In this document: piece after piece, positions 57,501-64,000 of the stretch
How the letters are laid out: the number at the start of each line of letters is the position of its first letter
Numbering within the stretch: the stretch's first letter is position 1
From: Macrostomum lignano
Taxonomy: Eukaryota
Reading direction: 5' to 3'
Length of the DNA stretch: 64,000 bases
NCBI GenBank assembly: GCA_002269645.1
Contig: NIVC01000363.1
Location: 496,001 to 560,000, forward strand
Notes under the pieces: generated by a model
Told to the model about the DNA's origin: nothing
The model's input: the letters and a program-made list of their open reading frames with translations, nothing else
Database searches by the model: none
Program-made: the position numbers and the translations under genes

Positions 57501-58257
57501 TCCTCTGACACCGGAGTACATGATTGGCTGGGGCCCCATGCCCATGCCCAAGTGGATGCACACCTTCAACTACTTCAAGTTTAAGGCTGTGAGCATCTTA
57601 ATACGTTATACTCTATTCCTCATACATGTAGGCTATTTGGCAATCCATTATGCATCTTGGCTAGATTAGCAATCCATTATGCATCTTGGCTAGATTAGCA
57701 ATCCATTATGCATCTTAGCTAGATTAGCAATCCATTATGCATCTTGGCTAGATTAGCAATACATTGTGCATCTTGGCTAGATTAGCAATCCATTATGCAT
57801 CTTGGCTAGATTAGCAATCCATTATGCATCTTGGCTAGATTAGCAATCCATTATGCATCTTGGCTAGATTAGCAATCCATTATGCATCTTGGCTAGATTA
57901 GCAATCCATTATGCATCTTGGCTAGATTAGCAATCCATTATGCATCTTGGCTAGATTAGCAATCCATTCTGCATATCTTGGCTAGATTAACAATCCATTA
58001 TGCATCTTGGCTGGATTAGCAATCCATTCTGCATATCTTGGCTAGATTAGCAATCCACCGCCTTACCAATAATACCAACGCAGTGTCACCGCGGCTGCGT
58101 CAGCAAGGTTTCGGCCACATTCCACTACATCAGCCAGATAGAGATGTACAAGATGGAGTTCCTGCTGTACGGCATGAGCCCCATTGGAGTCCGTCTTCCT
58201 GTGACCGAAACTCGACAGGCGATGAAGCTGCTGAGGGGAAGTAAGGATATAAAATAA
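54586..58257 (+). CDS. C1GALT1: Core-1 beta-1,3-galactosyltransferase-like, copy E (near-identical to C), intact, 4 exons
   Basis: Exons 54586 (or 54598)-54982, 55720-56076, 57431-57588, 58084-58257; internal exon lengths and motifs match copy C; slightly longer C-terminus (RGSKDIK). Confidence 0.88.
55055..55660 (+). repeat. GAGGCGCCAATCTTGGTG minisatellite, copy E intron 1
   Basis: Homolog of 44130-44475. Confidence 0.9.
56077..57380 (+). repeat. Copy E intron 2: 22-bp array (56077-56300) and highly homogeneous 16-bp array (56300-57380)
   Basis: More than 60 consecutive near-identical CTAGAGGGTGACAGAT units. Confidence 0.96.
57640..58045 (+). repeat. 29-bp minisatellite, copy E intron 3
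   Basis: About 14 units of GCAATCCATTATGCATCTTGGCTAGATTA. Confidence 0.93.
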
Positions 58258-59359
58258 AGCGATAGCGATCTGTATTAATAAGCATTTCAATAAGAATGTA
58301 CCTTTTTAGTTTAAAAAACGGGCATTTTTGCTGTCGAATAAAAAACTTAATTAGTACATATGTTCTTTCCGGATTTAAATAAATTATTTGCTGAATATTT
58401 GCTATTTTACTACTTTAGGTAGTTTAAATAAATTTATTTTTGCTTTCATTGACAAGATGGATGCATAAAAAGTCACAAAATTAGCATGTTTTTTACTTTT
58501 TAGTAGCCCCTGTAACTTCCGTACCGATGTCCCTTTCTAGTCCTTATTTAGATTTGTCTCATTCAATGACTAATAAAGTAACGTAATCTTCTAGTGGTCC
58601 TTGGTCTCGCTATCTCACCTCGATAATCTAATATAATCTCAATAAATCTTATCCAATCTCAACAAGTCTCGTGTAATCTCAGTGAGAGCAATCTTATCTC
58701 AGTGAGAGTCATATAATCTCAGTGAGTGTCATCTAATATCAGTAAATTTGTTCTTAAGTTCAGTAAATCTCATCTAATCTAAGTACATCTAATCTAATCT
58801 CAGTAAGTCTCAGCTAATCCTACTACATCTAGTCTAATATTAATAAATCTTATCTAATTTCATTTTAAAAATATCACTACATCTCATCTCAACTCCTCTT
58901 CTAATCTAATCTCATTAAAGAAGCTTAGTATAACAAAACCAATCTTACACAAGAATCTCACTTAATCTCATTCTAAGTCTCACAATGTCTTTATCCCGTA
59001 TTTTCAATGCGGCAATGTAATCTCAGTTATGCATAAATATACATGTCCCTTTATCTTCCTTGTCGGATCAAGGTTTATTAATCAACAAAACTCAATCTGT
59101 TCAACTATTTCTCTAGAGAGTTTCGTTGCTTCACCACTCACTGTCCAGAGCGCAGTCGCTCTTTATTGATTTATTAATTTCCTACAGTATTGATAAAAAG
59201 TTCGCAATGCAGTCTCAATGTTATCAATTTAATAACTGAGAAGTTTCTATGAGTTACCCGCTAAACAGAGTCATGTATCATCAAAGCGCTGAGTAAGTGC
59301 CCCTCTTAATCTACTCGTAATGAACTCGTAAGGAAAGCCTATTATAAGTAACTTGATTG

Positions 59360-59600
59360 GCTGGATTAGCAATCCATTCTATTCCTGCACCAGTGTGTGT
59401 ATTGGCTAGATTAGCAATCCATTCTATTTCTGCATCAGTGTGTATTGGCTAGATTAGCAATCCATTCTATTTCTGCACCAGTGTGTGTATTGGCTAGATT
59501 AGCAATCCATTCTATTCCTGCATCAGTGTGTATTGGCTAGATTAGCAATCCATTCTATTCCTGCATCAGTGCGTATTGGCTAGATTAGCAATCCATTATA
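59360..59600 (+). repeat. 43/45-bp repeat sharing GGCTAGATTAGCAATCCATT with the intron-3 29-mer
   Basis: About 5 units; lacking at the homologous position in block 1 (~47270). Confidence 0.85.
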
Positions 59601-59962
59601 TATCGCAGTTATTCTGGCAGTACTGTTTTTTAAGTAATTTTTTGTTACTTTTACGAGCGCAGTAACACATTGCATTCCATTTTTGTAGTCAACAGAAGAG
59701 GCCAGTCGACTTTTAGCCATTTTATTCATGAAGTTTCTGTTGTAGTGCAAATGTCTGAGCGTCTGTCCCATTATTATGTTCCACAGTTGTTTTCGCAGCT
59801 TTTCCGCACTGATGCGCCACAGCAGTGCAGGCGGGCGGGGGACCGCAGGAATGAAACAATGTGGTCGAGAGGAAAGGGTTTTAAGGCAGCTCGAACTGCA
59901 GACGACTCAAGTGGCCTGAAAGAATGGCAAGAGTTGGAGAATAAGCCTTAAAAGTTGTACAG

Positions 59963-60410
<448 letters not shown>

Positions 60411-61002
60411 TAACTGATAATAACACACATCCACCTACGCAACAACACAGCAGCTAATTTGCCATCTAAATAAGTGTTCCAATAGTCGCCAAACTCAGTG
60501 CGAATAAGTGAGCCTAATTGACGCTCTAGCTTCACGGCAGGTGCAACAAACTGCGTTAAAAGAGAGAAAGGGACAGACAGAAAGGTAGAGATGAGATGAG
60601 AAAACGAGAAAGCGAGAAAACAGAGGCATTACAGAGAGTACATTTGCCCGTTGCCCTGCAGTCTCAGCAGATCTGTGAGACCAAGCAGCACCCTTCCAAA
60701 CCAGTATCTCGTACTGTTTCAGAGAATTTAGTGGCAAACCTACGAAGCACACGTTGCTGCGGTCCTATATAGCTCAATAGCAGCCGACAATATGAAGTTA
60801 CAGGTAGCCAGTTTTTTTCTTCTTTTCTCAACCAACCAAACCAAATTTGGGGCACAATAGACTGAAAGACCAAAAAAGCAAGATACAAAATATAAGTGTG
60901 GCCTCGACTGACCCTTGCTTTTCTGGGTATTAGTTTTCTGCTGGTTTTCTTGGCAGACTTTCTACTATCCTCTTCTAGAAGCTAGCCAAGTCAAACAGCA
61001 GC

Positions 61003-62964
61003 ATGTCATCGTCGGTGTGCGGCGCCAGCGTCGCAGGCTCGGATGTCACGCCGACATCGCCAGGAGCTGGTCGGGACAGCGACCTGGCCTTCTCACTAGA
61101 CAATCTGTCCCTGCTAGTTGAAGATGTCAAAGACGGATTCGCCGAGGCGATGAAGCAGCTGTCCAGCATCCAGCATCAGGATGAAGAGTTTCAAAGGCGA
61201 TTGAACGGCACCGAAGCGGCTACGAGCCAGAAGATGGAGGCACTTCAGACGGCTGTCAATCAGATGCGGGTGCGTTCGCGATCTTGTGCTGGAGTTATAT
61301 TTATTAAATTTTAATACTGAAACTGCATGCACAAGCTTACACTAAAGTAGATTTCCCATTTTAGCGTGTTAGACATACATGAGGAATCTGGGAGTTCATA
61401 TGATCTGCAGTGTTGGGCTCGCATTCCTTATTTGTCACCTCTGCGTCTCTGCACTTTTCATCTCTGCCTCTTTTCCCTTCTCTCCCCCCCTCTCTCTCTT
61501 TCTCCTATCTCCCCTCTCTCGCCTTTTTCTCCCTCACCACTTCTCGCCCTCTCTCGCCTTTTTCTCCCTCACCACTTCTCGCCCTCTCTCGCCTTTTTCT
61601 CCCTCACCACTTCTCGCCCTCTCTCGCCTTTTTCTCCCTCACCACTTCTCGCCCTCTCTCACTCTCTCACTCTCTCCCTCTCCCTCTCTCCCTTTCCCTC
61701 TCTCCCTTTCCCTCTCTCCCTCTCCCTCTCTCCCTCTCCCTCTCTCCCTCTCCTCTCCCCCTCTCCATCTCTCCCTCTCTCCCTCTTTATCTCCCCTTTC
61801 CTTCCAACAAAAAATGTACTTTATTCCACATTTCTGTCACGTAAATAGTTAAATCACTGGAACACACACGCACACACACACCCACACACACACAAACAGT
61901 AACCAGCACCTCTATCCCCTATTCCCCAAATCCCCAAATCTGGATAATTCATACTGGATGGGATGGAGAGCTTTCCAATTACCTGCTGCCGGAACTTTCC
62001 TATTCACCTCTATATAATTGGATGCTGGATTGAATGCATAGAAGTTTATAAATCAATAGCACACATACACTGTATGCTACTATATAGTTTGTATTTTCTA
62101 TATTACCAATCAATATTTCGAGCTGTCAACCAATGCCTGACTTGTCAGATAGTTTAGCCACTTTTCTACTATGGTGTTTCGCACGAATAGTTCTGCTGTC
62201 AAAGCTGCTGTTGTCTCTGTTGCAGGAGCAGCTGTCCAGCGTTCTCACTCGAGTTGAATCGCTTGAGCTGCATCAGCGGAGGCTGGAAGGTCAGGTTGAT
62301 CGGCTGGATCGGGTTCAGTCGGAGCAGCAGGAGAAGCTGGAGAAGCAGCCGGTGATGGAGAGGGAAAGGTGAGAGCTTTTCACGAAGGTTATGAAGGTTT
62401 TGTCATTGTAACTATACAGATTATAGAGATCATAGGGATGGTAACTAGACTTAGAGGTCTTATACGAGCTGCGTGTAGGTCACAATAGTCTGGTCATTGT
62501 GGTCATGGTGGTCATATTGGTCATAGTGGTCATAGTGGTCATGTTGGTCATAGTGGTCATAGTGATCATAGTGGTCATAGTGGTCATAGTGGTCATAGTG
62601 GTCATAGTGGTCATGGTGGTCATAGTGGTCATGGAGGTATAGCAGTCATAGTGGTCACAGTGGTCTTAGTGATCATAGTTTTCATGGAGGTCATAGTGGT
62701 CATAGCGCTCATGGAGGTCATACTCGTAGTGTTAAAAGTTCAAACAGTTCATATTTACATTTCATCTCACCTTCTATTCATTCTCCTAATATCAATTTTC
62801 CCTCATCACCAGCGCCGCCTGCCAGACACCGCTGCTCTCAAATCCCTACAGCTGTCCGACTCCTCTCAGTCCGGACAGCGGCCGGCCAGGCACCTGCACG
62901 CCATCCTGTTTCCATGGCAACGATAACTTTCTTCCAGCAAGCTGCTGCGATTCTCAAGGACCCA
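61003..62964 (+). CDS. ARHGEF33: 5' coding exons of an ARHGEF33-like protein (N-terminal coiled coil); continues beyond window
   Basis: Exons 61003-61269, 62226-62368, 62813-62964 with compatible phases (0, 2; next donor phase 1). LVEDVKDGFAEAMKQLSSIQHQD and EQLSSVLTRVESL resemble my recollection of the vertebrate ARHGEF33 N-terminus (LASELKTGFTEAMQELSRIQHGE). No DH domain in window. Confidence 0.55.
61490..61800 (+). repeat. CT-rich tract with ~35-bp unit x4, ARHGEF33-like intron 1
   Basis: CTCTCGCCTTTTTCTCCCTCACCACTTCTCGCCCT repeats. Confidence 0.85.
62495..62720 (+). repeat. 9-bp repeat (GTGGTCATA), intron 2
   Basis: Tandem units. Confidence 0.88.
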
Positions 62965-62989
62965 GTAAGTGGGATCTCTACACTCCATC

Positions 62990-63700
62990 CCCTCTCTACC
63001 CTCCATCCCCTCTCTACCCTCCATCCCCTCTCTACCCTCCATCCCCTCTCTACCCTCCATCCCCTCTCTACCCTCCATCCCCTCTCTACTCTCCATCCTC
63101 TCTCTACCCTCCATTCTTTCTCTACCCTCCATCCCCTCTCTACCCTCCATCCCCTCTCTACCCTCCATTCCCTCTCTACCCTCCATCCCCTCTCTACCCT
63201 CCATCCCCTCTCTACCCTCCATCCCCTCTCTACCCTCCATCCCCTCTCTACCCTCCATCCCCTCTCTACCCTCCATCCCCTCTCTACCCTCCATCCCCTC
63301 TCTACCCTCCATCCCCTCTCTACCCTCCATCCCCTCTCTACCCTCCATCCCCTCTCTACCCTCCATCCCTCTCTACCCTCCATCCCCTCTACCCTCCATC
63401 CCCTCTCTACCCTCCATCCCCTCTCTACCCTCCATCCCCTCTCTACCCTCCATCCCCTCTCTACCCTCCATCCCTCTCTACCCTCCATCCCCTCTCTACC
63501 CTCCATCCCCTCTCTACCCTCCATCCCCTCTCTACCCTCCATCCCCTCTCTACCCTCCATCCCCTCTCTACCCTCCATCCCCTCTCTACCCTCCATCCCC
63601 TCTCTACCCTCCATCCCCTCTCTACCCTCCATCCCCTCTCTACCCTCCATCCCCTCTCTACCCTCCATCCCCTCTCTACCCTCCATCCCCTCTCTAAATC
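62990..63700 (+). repeat. 18-bp minisatellite (CCCTCCATCCCCTCTCTA), intron 3
   Basis: About 39 tandem units; source of the MEGREG/STLHPL ORFs. Confidence 0.96.
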
Positions 63701-64000
63701 CTTACCCTCTACCTCTCTCTGCCCCTAACGAATCCTCCGAACACTTCTCTCTCCGTCTCTACCTCTCTATCCTCCACTCTCATGTATTGTGTCCACCCTC
63801 ACTCTCCTAAATTTCAACATCAATCAGTTTTTTTATTTTCAACAACTATAGCAATCTAACGTTTTATCTAGATGAAGATTAAACCGTTATAAAACTTTAC
63901 TAACTGAAGCCACATAGCGTCTCCACTCTTTATCCCTGGCACATCTTGTCCAACATTCCATTCATTTCGGCAAGAGATTAGCCCAGATCCCAATGCAATT

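Noticed and set aside
62838-63810. MEGREG / STLHPL / PSIPSL ORFs
   Set aside because: 18-bp minisatellite downstream of the exon 3 donor (62965).

Overview
Repeat-rich animal (invertebrate) genomic DNA with spliceosomal introns; most long ORFs in the six-frame track are tandem-repeat artefacts. The style (GC-rich exons, GACA-laden introns) suggests a free-living flatworm, but the taxon cannot be determined from the sequence. Left to right: (1) three tandem minus-strand paralogs (2.1-7.5 kb) encoding ~100-aa secreted, Cys-rich peptides of a family I do not recognise, sharing exon structure and promoter motifs; one has lost exactly two Cys; (2) a multi-exon PHLDB/LL5-like coiled-coil + PH gene (minus, 9.7-22.2 kb), with a candidate small antisense spliced gene in one intron; (3) five core-1 beta-1,3-galactosyltransferase (C1GALT1-like) copies (29-58 kb), four intact and one pseudogene, in two tandemly duplicated blocks; (4) the 5' exons of an ARHGEF33-like gene (plus, from 61.0 kb). 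Most introns carry their own mini- or microsatellite. Also present: a hAT-type MITE, tRNA-derived SINEs, a TSD-flanked insertion with an empty site in its paralog, a TIR element and two perfect hairpins. Family assignments rest on recalled motifs, not database searches.
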